Shown: one piece after another, positions 1-9,119 of the stretch
How the letters are laid out: the number at the start of each line of letters is the position of its first letter
How positions within the stretch are numbered: position 1 is the first letter of the stretch
Assembly: GCA_036787045.1 (NCBI GenBank)
Contig: DAIQQA010000001.1
Location: forward strand, 40,167-104,166
From: Burkholderiales bacterium
GTDB taxonomy: Bacteria > Pseudomonadota > Gammaproteobacteria > Burkholderiales > SHXO01
Direction of reading: 5' to 3'
DNA length: 64,000 bases
The notes under the pieces: model-generated
The model's database searches: none
What the model was told of the DNA's origin: nothing
The model's input: only the letters and a program-made list of their open reading frames with translations
Translations under genes and position numbers: made by a program

Positions 1-783
1 GTGGAGAATCGCCCCGGAGCCGGCGGCACCATTGCCGCAACCACTGTGGCGAGGGCCGCGCCCGACGGTTACACCCTGCTGGTCGGCGCCACCTCCGATG
101 TCATTAACCCGCTTGCCCGGAAGGAAGTGCGGTACAGCATCGAGGCGAACTTCACACCTGTCGCCCTCATCTCCAGCGCGCCCAACGTGCTGGTAGTGCA
201 TCCTTCCCTACCGGTTGGCTCGGTGCAGGAGTTGGTCGCGTACGCCAGGGCGCACCCGGGAGCGCTCAACTACGGCTCCGCTGGTGTAGGCACGCTCAGC
301 CATCTCGCCGGGGCGTTCGTCGCCGCGACAGCGCAGCTGCAAGTCGCGCACATACCCTACAAGGGCACCGCGGCTGCACAGGTCGACCTGCTCAGCGGCC
401 GGCTGCAGTTCATGTTCGACAGCATGGTGAGCGCCCTGGCCAATGCGAAGGCAGGCAAGGTCAAAGCGCTGGCCGTCACCTCGCCGCAGCGCTGGCCGAA
501 CGCACCGATGCTGCCGACCATGGCCGAGAGCGGGTTTCCGGGCTTCGACATGATGGCCTGGTTCGGGCTGCTGGCGCCGGCGGACACACCCCCGTGGGTC
601 GTTTCACGTCTGTCCGATGCCTTGTCGAAGGGTCTGCAGGCCGGCGAGGCGCGCCGAAGAATCCGCGGTATCGGCGGCGAGCCGGGCCGCCTTACCCCGG
701 CTGAGTTCGGGCACTACATCCGCGCCGAGACTGCGCACTGGAGCAAGATCTTCGCCGACGGAGTGGTGCGCCTCGAGGAATGA
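1..783 (+). CDS. Bug/TctC-family tripartite tricarboxylate transporter substrate-binding protein (5' truncated by window edge)
   Basis: The translation has the typical Bug-family core (ENRPGAGGTIA..., YKGTAAAQVDLLSG, AWFGLLAP, HWSKI). The ORF is open to base 1 and stops at TGA 781-783. Confidence 0.85.
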   Translation: MENRPGAGGTIAATTVARAAPDGYTLLVGATSDVINPLARKEVRYSIEANFTPVALISSAPNVLVVHPSLPVGSVQELVAYARAHPGALNYGSAGVGTLSHLAGAFVAATAQLQVAHIPYKGTAAAQVDLLSGRLQFMFDSMVSALANAKAGKVKALAVTSPQRWPNAPMLPTMAESGFPGFDMMAWFGLLAPADTPPWVVSRLSDALSKGLQAGEARRRIRGIGGEPGRLTPAEFGHYIRAETAHWSKIFADGVVRLEE

Positions 784-800
784 AGCGAGGCGGGGGAGGG

Positions 801-1859
801 CTACGCCGCACTCAGCCGCAGAGCGTGCGCAGCCGCTGCGCTGGCCAGCCCCTCCAGGTTATAGCCGCCCTCCAGCACCGACACCACGCGGCCGCCGGCG
901 TGCTTCGCGGCGATCGCCAGCATGACGTCGGTCAAGTCGGCGAAGTCCCGATCGGTCAGGGTGAACTTGCCCAGCGGATCGCCGATGCGCGAGTCGAAGC
1001 CGGCGGAGATCATCACCAACTCGGGCTTGAACTTGTCGGCAGCGGGCACCAGCACTTCGCGGAAAGCACCGAGGATCTCCGCCCGCCCGGCGCCCGCAGG
1101 GAACGGACGGTTGACGATCAGGCCGCGGCCCTTGCCTTCGCCGATCTCGCCGGCGTGACCGGTGCCCGGGTACCAGGGATCCTGGTGCGTGTCGAAGAAC
1201 AACACCGAGCCATCGGACCAGAACACGTCCTGCGTGCCATTGCCGTGGTGCACGTCCCAATCGGCGATCAGGATGCGCTTCGCCCCGTGCCGGGTCTGCG
1301 CGACGCGCGCGCCGATGGCGATGTTGTTGAACAGGCAGAACCCCATTCCGCGTGCGGCCGATGCGTGATGGCCGGGCGGGCGCACTGCACAGAAGGCGTT
1401 TGCCGCTTCTCCAGTCATGACCGCGTTCACTGCCGACACGACAGTGCCGGCCGCAGCGAGCGCTCCCGCCCATGACCCCGGCGACAACGCGGTATCGCCG
1501 GTGCTGAGCGCGGCTCGGCCCTCGTCGATCTCGCGCCGCACGGTGTCCAGATAGGCGCGTGTGTGAACGAGCAGGACATCGTCTTCTCGCGCAGGCAGCG
1601 ACTGCGTGAGGGCCACACGCCCGTGCGCCTCCAGGCCGCGCATGACCGTCATCACGGCTTCGAACCGGGCCGGTGTCTCCGGATGATCGGGTCCCGTGGC
1701 GTGCACCAGGCAGGCCGGGTCATGGAAGACGTGCGTGCCAAGCCGTCGCTGGGCAAGCGTCGGCGTGGTGATGCCCCCGGCTGCCGCCAGCAGCAACACC
1801 GAGGACCGACGCAGGAAGGTCCGCCTCGGCCGGATCGCTGATGGGTCGGGATGGTCCAT
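801..1859 (-). CDS. Histone deacetylase-family (HDAC/AcuC/aphA-like) amidohydrolase with twin-arginine signal peptide
   Basis: HDAC motifs are present: RPPGHHA, DWDVHHGNGTQ, GFD, EGGY. I chose the internal Met (MDHPDPSAIRPRRTFLRRSSVLLLAAAGG) as the start because it gives a canonical Tat motif RRTFLR plus an h-region. The ORF track extends to 1967. Confidence 0.85.
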   Translation of the reverse strand: MDHPDPSAIRPRRTFLRRSSVLLLAAAGGITTPTLAQRRLGTHVFHDPACLVHATGPDHPETPARFEAVMTVMRGLEAHGRVALTQSLPAREDDVLLVHTRAYLDTVRREIDEGRAALSTGDTALSPGSWAGALAAAGTVVSAVNAVMTGEAANAFCAVRPPGHHASAARGMGFCLFNNIAIGARVAQTRHGAKRILIADWDVHHGNGTQDVFWSDGSVLFFDTHQDPWYPGTGHAGEIGEGKGRGLIVNRPFPAGAGRAEILGAFREVLVPAADKFKPELVMISAGFDSRIGDPLGKFTLTDRDFADLTDVMLAIAAKHAGGRVVSVLEGGYNLEGLASAAAAHALRLSAA

Positions 1860-1989
1860 ACGTGTGGAAGAGCGTACCGAACCCCGCTGGCTGCGGCAAT
1901 GCAGGCGGGTATTTCTGCTAACCTCCGATCCGGCTGTGGACCGGCACGGTCCGCGCGGGCACGACAACCTACAACATTGGGAGGCATCC

Positions 1990-2478
1990 GTGAGCAGACT
2001 CTATGGTGCGCAGCAGCGCGCCCTGCAGGACCGTTTCGACACCCGCCGCATCGCCGACAAGATCGAGGCGTTGGCGATCCATCCTGAGCTCGGCGACATG
2101 GAAAAGGCCTTCATCGAGAGCCGGGACATGTTCTGGCTGTCCACCATCGACGAGCAAGGCCGGCCGACCGTTTCCTACAAAGGCGGCGATCCCGGATTCG
2201 TCAAGGCGCAGTTCCTCGAAGCGCAGCTGGTGGTGCGGGTGGCCGTGACCGAAGTGTGGCCGAACTGCCCGCGCTACGTCCACCGCTACCAGAAGTCGCT
2301 ACGCTCGCGCTACGTGCCCCGCACCCAGTGCGAAACGCCGCTCGCCGGCTGGAAGCGCATCGACATCATTCAGGACGACCTGCCCGCCGCGGACCAGGGC
2401 CGCGCAGCGAAGGAAGGCGGGTTGGTCACGATCGAGGAGTGGTTTGGAAAGGTAGGCGTCGGCGCCGATGACGCCTGA
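1990..2478 (+). CDS. Pyridoxamine 5'-phosphate oxidase-family protein, unusually short (possible internal deletion)
   Basis: GTG at 1990 is preceded by GGGAGG (1979-1984). N-terminal LYGAQQRALQDRFDTRR...FIESRDMFWLSTID..GRPTVSYKGGDPGF and C-terminal PNCPRYVHRYQ...WKRID are typical of this family, but the middle is missing. Confidence 0.65.
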   Translation: MSRLYGAQQRALQDRFDTRRIADKIEALAIHPELGDMEKAFIESRDMFWLSTIDEQGRPTVSYKGGDPGFVKAQFLEAQLVVRVAVTEVWPNCPRYVHRYQKSLRSRYVPRTQCETPLAGWKRIDIIQDDLPAADQGRAAKEGGLVTIEEWFGKVGVGADDA

Positions 2479-3367
2479 GCGCAACACCCGCCCGTTGCGA
2501 GATTCGGACACCGCGAGAATGTCGGACGCAGCCCCAGACACGAGCAGCGTGGTCGCCTATTACGACGCCCACCCGATCAACGAGCAGCAGATCCTGCACG
2601 CGCTGGCCGCCAACGGAATCGCGCTGGACGGACTGACCGAAGAGGTCCTGAAGGATCACGACCAGGATCACTTCGGCGGCATCGAAGCCAATGAGACGCT
2701 CATCGCCAAGGCCGGCATCCTGCGCGATCAGCGCGTGCTGGACGTGTGCAGCGGAATGGGCGGGCCGGCGCGCTACCTGGCCGACCGCATCGGCTGCCAG
2801 GTGGTGGGTCTGGACTTCACCGAGAGCCGCCATCTCGCTGCCCAGCGCCTCACCCGGCTGGTCGGGCTCGAGCATCTGGTCGGCTTCCGCTACGGCAACG
2901 CACTCGACATGCCGTTCGAGGACGCGAGCTTCGACGTGGTGATCGGCCAGGAAGCCTGGTGTCACGTGCCGGACAAGCCGCGGCTGATCGGCGAATGCGC
3001 AAGAGTGGTCAAGCCAGGCGGCACGATCGCCTTCACCGACATCCTGCGCCGGCCCGCTCTCTCGGCTGCGGAGATGGCGCGGCTGACCCGGGAGATGACC
3101 TTCCCGACCCTGGAAACCCTGGACGGCTACAGCGCACTGCTCGCGAAGCACGGCTGTGCGATGCGCTCACGCGATGATCTGAGCGAGCATTGGGCGCGAA
3201 TTCTGGTGCAGCGCCTGGCCATGTACCGCGGATTGAAGGACGAAACGATCCGCAAGTTCGGCGCCGAGCACTTCCAGGGCTGGGACGATATGTACTCGTT
3301 CTTCGTGGGGTTGTATCAGGACGGCAAGCTGGGCGGGGGGCGGTTCGTGGCACGGCGGTCGCTGTGA
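2468..3367 (+). CDS. Class I SAM-dependent methyltransferase
   Basis: SAM-binding motif I VLDVCSGMGGPARYLA, followed by FDVVIGQEAWCHV and VKPGGTIAFTD. The ATG overlaps the previous stop. An alternative start is at 2519. Confidence 0.8.
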   Translation: MTPERNTRPLRDSDTARMSDAAPDTSSVVAYYDAHPINEQQILHALAANGIALDGLTEEVLKDHDQDHFGGIEANETLIAKAGILRDQRVLDVCSGMGGPARYLADRIGCQVVGLDFTESRHLAAQRLTRLVGLEHLVGFRYGNALDMPFEDASFDVVIGQEAWCHVPDKPRLIGECARVVKPGGTIAFTDILRRPALSAAEMARLTREMTFPTLETLDGYSALLAKHGCAMRSRDDLSEHWARILVQRLAMYRGLKDETIRKFGAEHFQGWDDMYSFFVGLYQDGKLGGGRFVARRSL

Positions 3368-3412
3368 GAACGAAGAAGCTCTCTTCCCGGCAGGGGCGAC
3401 CCATCAGCAGCA

Positions 3413-4098
3413 TTACGTCACGCACCGCACTGCCCGTGCGGCCAGCCTGTCGTACATGTCCAGCAAGCGCTGGCGCCAGGGGTGCACCGGGTCCGCCGGG
3501 TCCAGCAACTCGAAACCGGACACGCAGCGCGCCCACTGGAACATGCCGAAGACGATGTAGTCGGCATAGGCCGGCGAACGGCCGCAAACGAAGGGTTGAT
3601 CGGTCACAGAGCGCGCAGGGGTTCGAGCGCCTCACGGAACCTGCCGCGCGTGTCCTCGCGATTCGCGACGACCTCCTCGAGTGGCCTGCCAAGGCGTTTC
3701 TCGCGCGTCTCGCGGAAGTATCGCTGGTCGCTCTCGTGCAGTCCGGCCCAGACGTCGCGCACAACCATGCGCGTGACCAACGGATGCAAACTGCGCTCGG
3801 TCCAGTATTTGATCAGCAGCGCCGCACCCCGCGCCGCTTCGCAGCCGAGCAGCGGCTTGTCCGGATAGTGCTCGTCGAGATAAGTGGCGATCTTCCAGGA
3901 GTCGGCGAGGACGGTGGCGCCGTCCACCACCACTGGCACGGTCCCGTTGTTGGGCTGGGGAAGAGCGCCTCTGTCCGTGAACCGCCAAGGGATCGTAGCC
4001 AGCGGCAATCCCTTGTGCGCACAGGCCATGCGGGTGCGCCAGCAATAAGGGCTGAAGCGGTGGTTGTCGTCCGCTCCGGCGAGGTCATACATCTGCAT
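3413..4098 (-). pseudogene. Glutathione S-transferase split by a 1-nt frameshift at about 3604-3607
   Basis: The N-terminal part (4098 down to stop 3604) has the thioredoxin-like GST fold (FSPYCWRTRMA..., VPVVVDG). The C-terminal part (3607-3413, next frame) continues with the GST C-terminal helices (DQPFVCGRSPAYADYIVFGMFQWARCV). The two ORFs overlap in the sequence GTGA. RBS GGGGGA precedes ATG 4098. Confidence 0.7.
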
Positions 4099-4121
4099 CT
4101 GGATTCCCCCTAGGGCACAAG

Positions 4122-4315
4122 CTGAACGCCAAGGACGCAAAGGACGCCAAGGAAAGCCGGAAGGCTGTATCGAGAGGCAACGGAGCGTGCGTCGTTCACA
4201 GCGGGAATCGGCCGGCCGCTTCAGCTCCAGCCGAACCGTTATCGCGCTCCACTACGAGGCCCTCGTTCCCCGTTTTGCGCTTTCCCGTGGCGTCCTTGGC
4301 GTCCTTCGCGTTGAG
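4122..4315. repeat. MITE/REP-like inverted-repeat element (CCAAGGACG-type arms)
   Basis: The left arm is 4122-4158 (ctgaacgccaaggacgcaaaggacgccaaggaaagcc). The reverse complement of the right arm (4279-4315) is ctcaacgcgaaggacgccaaggacgccacgggaaagc. Confidence 0.88.
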
Positions 4316-4334
4316 AGGCTTTCTCTGTTGGAAA

Positions 4335-5033
4335 TTATCGCCGCACGGTCGCTGCACTCTGCCCGAACAGGAACTTCCTCGCCTCGTCGTCGACCACCGG
4401 CTGGCTGCTGATCGCTTTGCCCTTCTCGTAGGCGCGCTCAACCGCAGGGCGTGCTCGGATCGCCTCGAACCACCGTTTGAGGTTGGGGAAGTCGTCCAGG
4501 TCCTGGTTCTGCCGCTTGTGCGACACGGTCCAGGGATAGCAGGCCATGTCGGCTATGGAGTAGTCTCCGGCGACGAACGCGCGGTCTGCGAGCCGCTTGT
4601 CCAGCACCGCATACAAGCGCGATGTCTCCTTCACGTAGCGGTCGATCGCGTACTGGATCTTCTCGGGTGCGTAGTGCAGGAAGTGGTGCGTCTGTCCGGC
4701 CATCGGCCCGAGCCCGCCCATCTGCCAGAACAGCCACTGCATCACATCGACGCGCTGGCGCAGCTGCGCAGGGAGAAACCGCCCGGTCTTCTCACCCAGA
4801 TAGACCAGGATCGCGCCTGACTCGAACACGGACAGGGGCGGCCCGCCGTCGGCGGGAGCATGATCGACAATTGCCGGCATGCGGTTGTTGGGGGAGATCG
4901 TCAGGAAGTCCGGTTGGAACTGCTCGCCGCGCCCGATGTTCACCGGCTTGATGGTGTAGGGCAGCCCGGTCTCCTCGAGGAAGATGGTGATCTTGTGCCC
5001 GTTGGGTGTTGGCCAGTAGTAGAGGTCGATCAT
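4335..5033 (-). CDS. yfcG: Nu-class glutathione S-transferase / GSH-dependent disulfide reductase, YfcG-like
   Basis: It aligns by eye along its full length to E. coli YfcG (MIDLYYWPTPNGHKITIFLEE..., ISPNNRMPAIVDHAPADGG, FESGAILVYLGEKTG, WLFWQMGGLGPM). Confidence 0.85.
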   Translation of the reverse strand: MIDLYYWPTPNGHKITIFLEETGLPYTIKPVNIGRGEQFQPDFLTISPNNRMPAIVDHAPADGGPPLSVFESGAILVYLGEKTGRFLPAQLRQRVDVMQWLFWQMGGLGPMAGQTHHFLHYAPEKIQYAIDRYVKETSRLYAVLDKRLADRAFVAGDYSIADMACYPWTVSHKRQNQDLDDFPNLKRWFEAIRARPAVERAYEKGKAISSQPVVDDEARKFLFGQSAATVRR

Positions 5034-5042
5034 AGGTCGTAA

Positions 5043-5075
5043 GGCGTGAGGGGTGAGGGGTCAGGAGCAAGGGGA
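5043..5075. repeat. Solo microrepeat arm (GGTGAGGGG units)
   Basis: The sequence is ggcgtgaggggtgaggggtcaggagcaagggga. It is related to the reverse complement of 31681-31718. Confidence 0.65.
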
Positions 5076-5113
5076 TGCGGTCGACGAGGCTTGCTCCGCG
5101 GCCCAATGCGTAC

Positions 5114-5791
5114 CTACGCGTCGTCGACGGCAATGATGCGCTGCGCGACGACGCCCAGGTCGGGCCCGACGATGTCGGGCGGGTCGAAGAGCGGGTCGAG
5201 GACCATGCCGGGACGGGCGATGAACGCCGCTCTGCATCCCGCCCGCATCGCGCCCGCCACGTCCCAGGAGTGTGCTGCGACGAGGCGCACGTCTGCGGGC
5301 GCTACGCCGAAGCTGTCGGCGGCGTGCCGGTAGACCTCGGCCGCCGGCTTGAGGCGGTGCACGGCGTCCACGGACAGCATCTTGTCCAGGTGAGGGGCGA
5401 TGCCGGAGTTGGTCAGCTGGGCCTCCGCGACTGCCGGTGGCGAGTTCGTCAGGGCAGCGAGACGGAATTCCGCCGCCTTCAGCCGCTGGATCGCCGGCAG
5501 CACATCGGGGTGAGGCGGGAGCGTGCGCATGCCGCCCAGTATCGCCCGCGCATCGGCGTCGGACAAGACCACGCCGCGCCGGGCCGCCACCATCTCCAGC
5601 GCCGCACGGCCCACTTTGCCGAAGTCGGAATAGGGTCCGGTCACCACGGTGAGCAGCGCGCTCTGCAGCACCTGCCCGAACCACGGGTACAGCACCTCGC
5701 CGTCGCCAAACACCCGCTCGAACTGCGGCTGCAATGCCCGCAGGTCGAGCAGGGTTTCGTTGACGTCGAACACGATCACTCGCTTGCGCAT
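5114..5791 (-). CDS. HAD-superfamily hydrolase, haloacid dehalogenase type II-like
   Basis: HAD motif I is VFDVNETLLD, followed by LTNS and a later AAHSWDV block. ATG 5791 is preceded by GGAGG. The ORF-track extension to 6025 was rejected. Confidence 0.85.
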   Translation of the reverse strand: MRKRVIVFDVNETLLDLRALQPQFERVFGDGEVLYPWFGQVLQSALLTVVTGPYSDFGKVGRAALEMVAARRGVVLSDADARAILGGMRTLPPHPDVLPAIQRLKAAEFRLAALTNSPPAVAEAQLTNSGIAPHLDKMLSVDAVHRLKPAAEVYRHAADSFGVAPADVRLVAAHSWDVAGAMRAGCRAAFIARPGMVLDPLFDPPDIVGPDLGVVAQRIIAVDDA

Positions 5792-5849
5792 CCGGCCTCC
5801 TTTCCTGTCCCCTGGATCGGGGTCCAGGGCAGGCTCCGATGAGGTTGAG

Positions 5850-6893
5850 TCAGGGAATGATCCGCTCGGCACGGAACCCGGCCAGCAGGCGCAGAAACAT
5901 TTCCTCGGTATCGACGGATTCGCAGAAGCCCGCCCGGCGCGCCTTGCCCATGTCGGAGACAATGTCATAGTCGGAGCCGAACACGAAATCGCCGAAGCCC
6001 CAGGCGGCGATCTGCTCGTAGGCATAGGGCGCGAGGCCGTGCCTCGCCACGATCCGGTCCCACACCGGACCCTTGTCCGCCATGAAGCGGGTAAGGCTGA
6101 TCTGGCGCGGCGGCGCCAGCTCCATGTCGAAGAAGCGCGCGAAGCGGGGCCACAGGTTTTCCCAGCGGATCAGGTCGCCGTTGGTAATGTTGAAGGCCTG
6201 GTTTGCACAGTTCGGCACGGTGGCCATCCAGACCAGAGCCTTCGCCAGCAGCGCCGAGTCGGTGCACTGATACAGCGAACGGTAAGCGCCGGGCTTGCCC
6301 GGAAAGCTCAGCGGCAGCCCCAGTTCCTTCGAGATCGCAGCGTAGACGGCGATCACAGTCGACAGGTTCATCGGGTTGCCCACCGCGAAGCCGCAGATCG
6401 CGTGCGGTCGCGAGGCGGACCACGTCCAGCGCTTGCCCTTATGGCGCGCCTCCAGGAAATCCTGCTGCGAGTAGTACATGTTGGGCGGCATGTGCCGCGG
6501 GTCGGTCTCTTTGGCCGGCGTCTTGAACGGCCCCAGATGGCTTCCGTACCACTTGGTGCCCTCGACCAGATGAACGTGCTGCAGGTCTGGCGACGCGGCC
6601 TCCAGGGCATCCAGCAGGTTCACCAGCATCCCGGTATTCACCGCCACCAGTTCCTGCTGGTCCGGTCGCTCCAGGTAGGCGGCGTAGAACGCGTGAGTGA
6701 TGTCCCGGAGCGCGCCCAGCTTGTTCCTGCAGTCGGACGGATCGGTCAGGTCGGCCGCAACGTGAAGATAGTCGCCCGGCACGTCGGGCTTGCGCCGCGA
6801 CACGGCGACGACATCCCAGTCACCCCGCTCGAGCAGATGCATGAGGAGATAGCGGCCCACTATCCCAGTGGCGCCAGTGACGAGTGCTCGCAT
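5850..6893 (-). CDS. NAD(P)-dependent SDR-family oxidoreductase (progesterone-5beta-reductase/PRISE-like extended SDR)
   Basis: The protein starts MRALVTGATGIVGRYL (Rossmann GxxGxxG), is about 347 aa and has an extended SDR layout. The upstream part of the track ORF lies in repeat DNA. Confidence 0.8.
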   Translation of the reverse strand: MRALVTGATGIVGRYLLMHLLERGDWDVVAVSRRKPDVPGDYLHVAADLTDPSDCRNKLGALRDITHAFYAAYLERPDQQELVAVNTGMLVNLLDALEAASPDLQHVHLVEGTKWYGSHLGPFKTPAKETDPRHMPPNMYYSQQDFLEARHKGKRWTWSASRPHAICGFAVGNPMNLSTVIAVYAAISKELGLPLSFPGKPGAYRSLYQCTDSALLAKALVWMATVPNCANQAFNITNGDLIRWENLWPRFARFFDMELAPPRQISLTRFMADKGPVWDRIVARHGLAPYAYEQIAAWGFGDFVFGSDYDIVSDMGKARRAGFCESVDTEEMFLRLLAGFRAERIIP

Positions 6894-6908
6894 TCGGCGA
6901 TGTAAAGC

Positions 6909-6956
6909 GGTGAAGGGTGAGGGCGTGAAGGGCGAAGGGGGAAGGGGGAAGGGTAA
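6909..6956. repeat. Purine-rich microrepeat arm (GTGAAGGG/GGCGAAGGGGG units), inverted relative to 7071-7189
   Basis: The sequence is ggtgaagggtgagggcgtgaagggcgaagggggaagggggaagggtaa. Its reverse complement begins TTACCCTTC, like the arms at 7071 and 7118. Confidence 0.8.
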
Positions 6957-7070
6957 TCCAGCGACGCTGATTGCGCCAGCCTGGCGGGGACTGGGGTGCA
7001 GCGCTACCCGCGATAGAACCAGGTCCTGGTCTCCAGTCGCACGCTGGGCACTACCCTTTGCTCCCACGCG

Positions 7071-7103
7071 TTACCCCTTCAGGCCTTCACCCCCCTTCCC
7101 TCG
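7071..7103. repeat. Pyrimidine-rich microrepeat arm (TTACCCCTTCAGGCCTTCACC...)
   Basis: Read directly from the sequence. It is complementary in pattern to 6909-6956. Confidence 0.7.
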
Positions 7104-7120
7104 TCGGCCTTCCTTAGTTA

Positions 7121-7189
7121 CCCTTCACGCCTTCACCCTTCACGCCTTCACCCTTCACGCCTTCACCCTTCACGCCTTCACCCTTCACC
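7121..7189. repeat. Tandem repeat, 15-bp unit CCCTTCACGCCTTCA x 4.6 copies, ending 9 nt before the gor start codon
   Basis: There are perfect copies at 7121-7135, 7136-7150, 7151-7165 and 7166-7180, and a partial copy at 7181-7189. Confidence 0.95.
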
Positions 7190-7198
7190 AGCTTCGCG

Positions 7199-8572
7199 AT
7201 GACCAAACACCTCGACCTACTCACCATCGGCGGCGGCAGCGGCGGCGTGGCCGTCTCCAACCGAGCCGGCTCGTACGGCGCTAGGTGCCTGTTGATCGAG
7301 AGGGGGCGCCTCGGCGGCACCTGTGTGAACGTCGGTTGCGTACCCAAGAAGGTGATGTGGAACGGGGCCCAGATCGCGGGTGCACTCGAGGATGCGGCCG
7401 ACTACGGCTTTCGCGTCGGGGCGCACGAGTTCGACTGGGCGACGCTGAAGCGCAACCGTGACGAGCATGTGCGCGACCTCAACAAGCACTACGCACGCTA
7501 CCTGGCGAGCAACAAGGTCGAGGTCGTCGCCGGCGCTGCCCGCTTCGTCGGCCCGAAAACTGTCGAGGTCGGCGGCGAGCGCTATAGTGCCAACCACGTG
7601 GTCGTCGCCACCGGCGGGCACCCAATCGTCCCGGACGTCCCCGGCGCGCGCTACGGCATCACTTCGGACGGCTTCTTCGAGCTGGAACGCTCGCCGCGCA
7701 AGGTGGCCATCGTGGGCGCCGGATACATCGCCGCGGAGCTGGCGGGCGTGCTGCACGCGTTGGGCAGCGAGGTGACAATCGTCCTGCGCCGGGAACGCTT
7801 GCTCGGCACCTTCGACCCCCTGCTGCGCGAGACGCTCATGGAGCAGATGCGCGGCGACGGCATCGAGCTCGTCACCAGCACGCCGATCATCGGCCTGGAG
7901 AAGGACCATCACGGCCATCTGACGCTGTTGTGCGGCAGCGGTACGCGCCTGGGCGGATTCGACACCGTCATTTGGGCAATCGGCCGTGCGCCGTCCACTC
8001 GCGACCTCGATCTGCCCGCCACCGGACTGGCACCGGACGAACTGGGCTTCGTGAGCACCGACGAATACCAGCAGACTGCCGTGCCGGGTATTTATGCAAT
8101 CGGCGACGTAACCGGACGGGTGGCGCTAACGCCCGTAGCAATCGCCGCGGGACGGCGACTGGCGGACCGCCTCTTCGGCGGCATGCCGGACTGCAGGCTG
8201 TCCTACGACGACATCCCGACGGTGATCTTCAGCCACCCTCCGATCGGCACGGTAGGGCTTACCGAGCCTGAGGCCGCCGAGCGCTTCGGCGCGGATTCGC
8301 TGAAGGTCTACCAGGCCCGGTTCACGCCCATGTACCACGCCTTCACTACGCGCAAGGTGGCGACGGCCATCAAGCTCGTGGTTGCAGGCCCCGAAGAAAG
8401 GGTGATCGGCTGCCACATTATCGGCCCGGGCGCGGACGAGATGCTCCAGGGTTTCGCAGTCGCGGTAAAGATGAGAGCGACCAAGCGCGACTTCGACGAT
8501 ACGGTGGCGATCCATCCGACGGTCGCCGAGGAACTGGTCACCATGCGCACCGCTCGGCCGGCGGCGGTGTAA
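7199..8572 (+). CDS. gor: Glutathione-disulfide reductase
   Basis: [16 protein letters not shown]..., the redox-active site [13 protein letters not shown], and the C-terminal HPT.AEE dimer-interface motif. The length of 457 aa fits. Confidence 0.95.
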   Translation: MTKHLDLLTIGGGSGGVAVSNRAGSYGARCLLIERGRLGGTCVNVGCVPKKVMWNGAQIAGALEDAADYGFRVGAHEFDWATLKRNRDEHVRDLNKHYARYLASNKVEVVAGAARFVGPKTVEVGGERYSANHVVVATGGHPIVPDVPGARYGITSDGFFELERSPRKVAIVGAGYIAAELAGVLHALGSEVTIVLRRERLLGTFDPLLRETLMEQMRGDGIELVTSTPIIGLEKDHHGHLTLLCGSGTRLGGFDTVIWAIGRAPSTRDLDLPATGLAPDELGFVSTDEYQQTAVPGIYAIGDVTGRVALTPVAIAAGRRLADRLFGGMPDCRLSYDDIPTVIFSHPPIGTVGLTEPEAAERFGADSLKVYQARFTPMYHAFTTRKVATAIKLVVAGPEERVIGCHIIGPGADEMLQGFAVAVKMRATKRDFDDTVAIHPTVAEELVTMRTARPAAV

Positions 8573-8624
8573 CGATTCCCCCGGCGAAACTCGTTCAGGA
8601 CGCCCCGGCGAGCCGACAAACTCA

Positions 8625-8776
8625 TTTACCACGAAGGACACGAAGGAACACGAAGGAAATCGTCTGGTACCTTCGGCCACATAACGTGGCAGTCGATGCT
8701 GGTTGCGGCTTCCTTGTCATCCCCGGCCGTTCGGTAGAACGCGACGTTCCTTGTTCCTTGGTGTCCTTCGTGGTGG
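8625..8776. repeat. MITE/REP-like inverted-repeat element (arms of ACGAAGGA-type microrepeats)
   Basis: The left arm is 8625-8662 (tttaccacgaaggacacgaaggaacacgaaggaaatcg). The right arm is 8742-8776 (cgacgttccttgttccttggtgtccttcgtggtgg), and the arms are complementary. Confidence 0.85.
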
Positions 8777-8789
8777 CTGCGGTTGGTTG

Positions 8790-9119
8790 TCAGGCACGCG
8801 CAGAGGGTGGAGGGACCGACACGAACACCTCCCCGTCCACCGTCCGCACCGGGAAGGTCCGGACCTCGCCGCGCTCGGGCGGCTCGACCTCGCCGCTGCG
8901 CAGATCGATGGTCCAGCCGTGGTCGGGGCACGCGACCTTGCACAGATCGTAGAGCACACCCTGCGACAGCGCGGCGCCCCGGTGCGGGCAGCGGTCCTCT
9001 ATGGCGTAAAGCACTCCATTCTCGGCACGGAACACTGCGATGCGGCCTGCGGCAGTGTCCAGCGTTCGCGCCCGGCCATGGGGCAGCTCCTCCTCGTTGC
9101 AGATGCGCAACCAGGCCAT
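8790..9119 (-). CDS. Rieske [2Fe-2S] domain protein (NirD / ferredoxin-subunit-like)
   Basis: Rieske motifs CPHRG and CPDHGW are present. The start is at MAWLRICNEEELP (ATG 9119). Confidence 0.75.
   Translation of the reverse strand: MAWLRICNEEELPHGRARTLDTAAGRIAVFRAENGVLYAIEDRCPHRGAALSQGVLYDLCKVACPDHGWTIDLRSGEVEPPERGEVRTFPVRTVDGEVFVSVPPPSARA

Noticed and set aside
6868-7347. ORFs encoding [14 protein letters not shown]... (+) and [15 protein letters not shown]... (-) repeats
   Set aside because: They are artefacts of translating the 15-bp tandem DNA repeat (15 is a multiple of 3). There is no RBS, and they lie in a promoter region.
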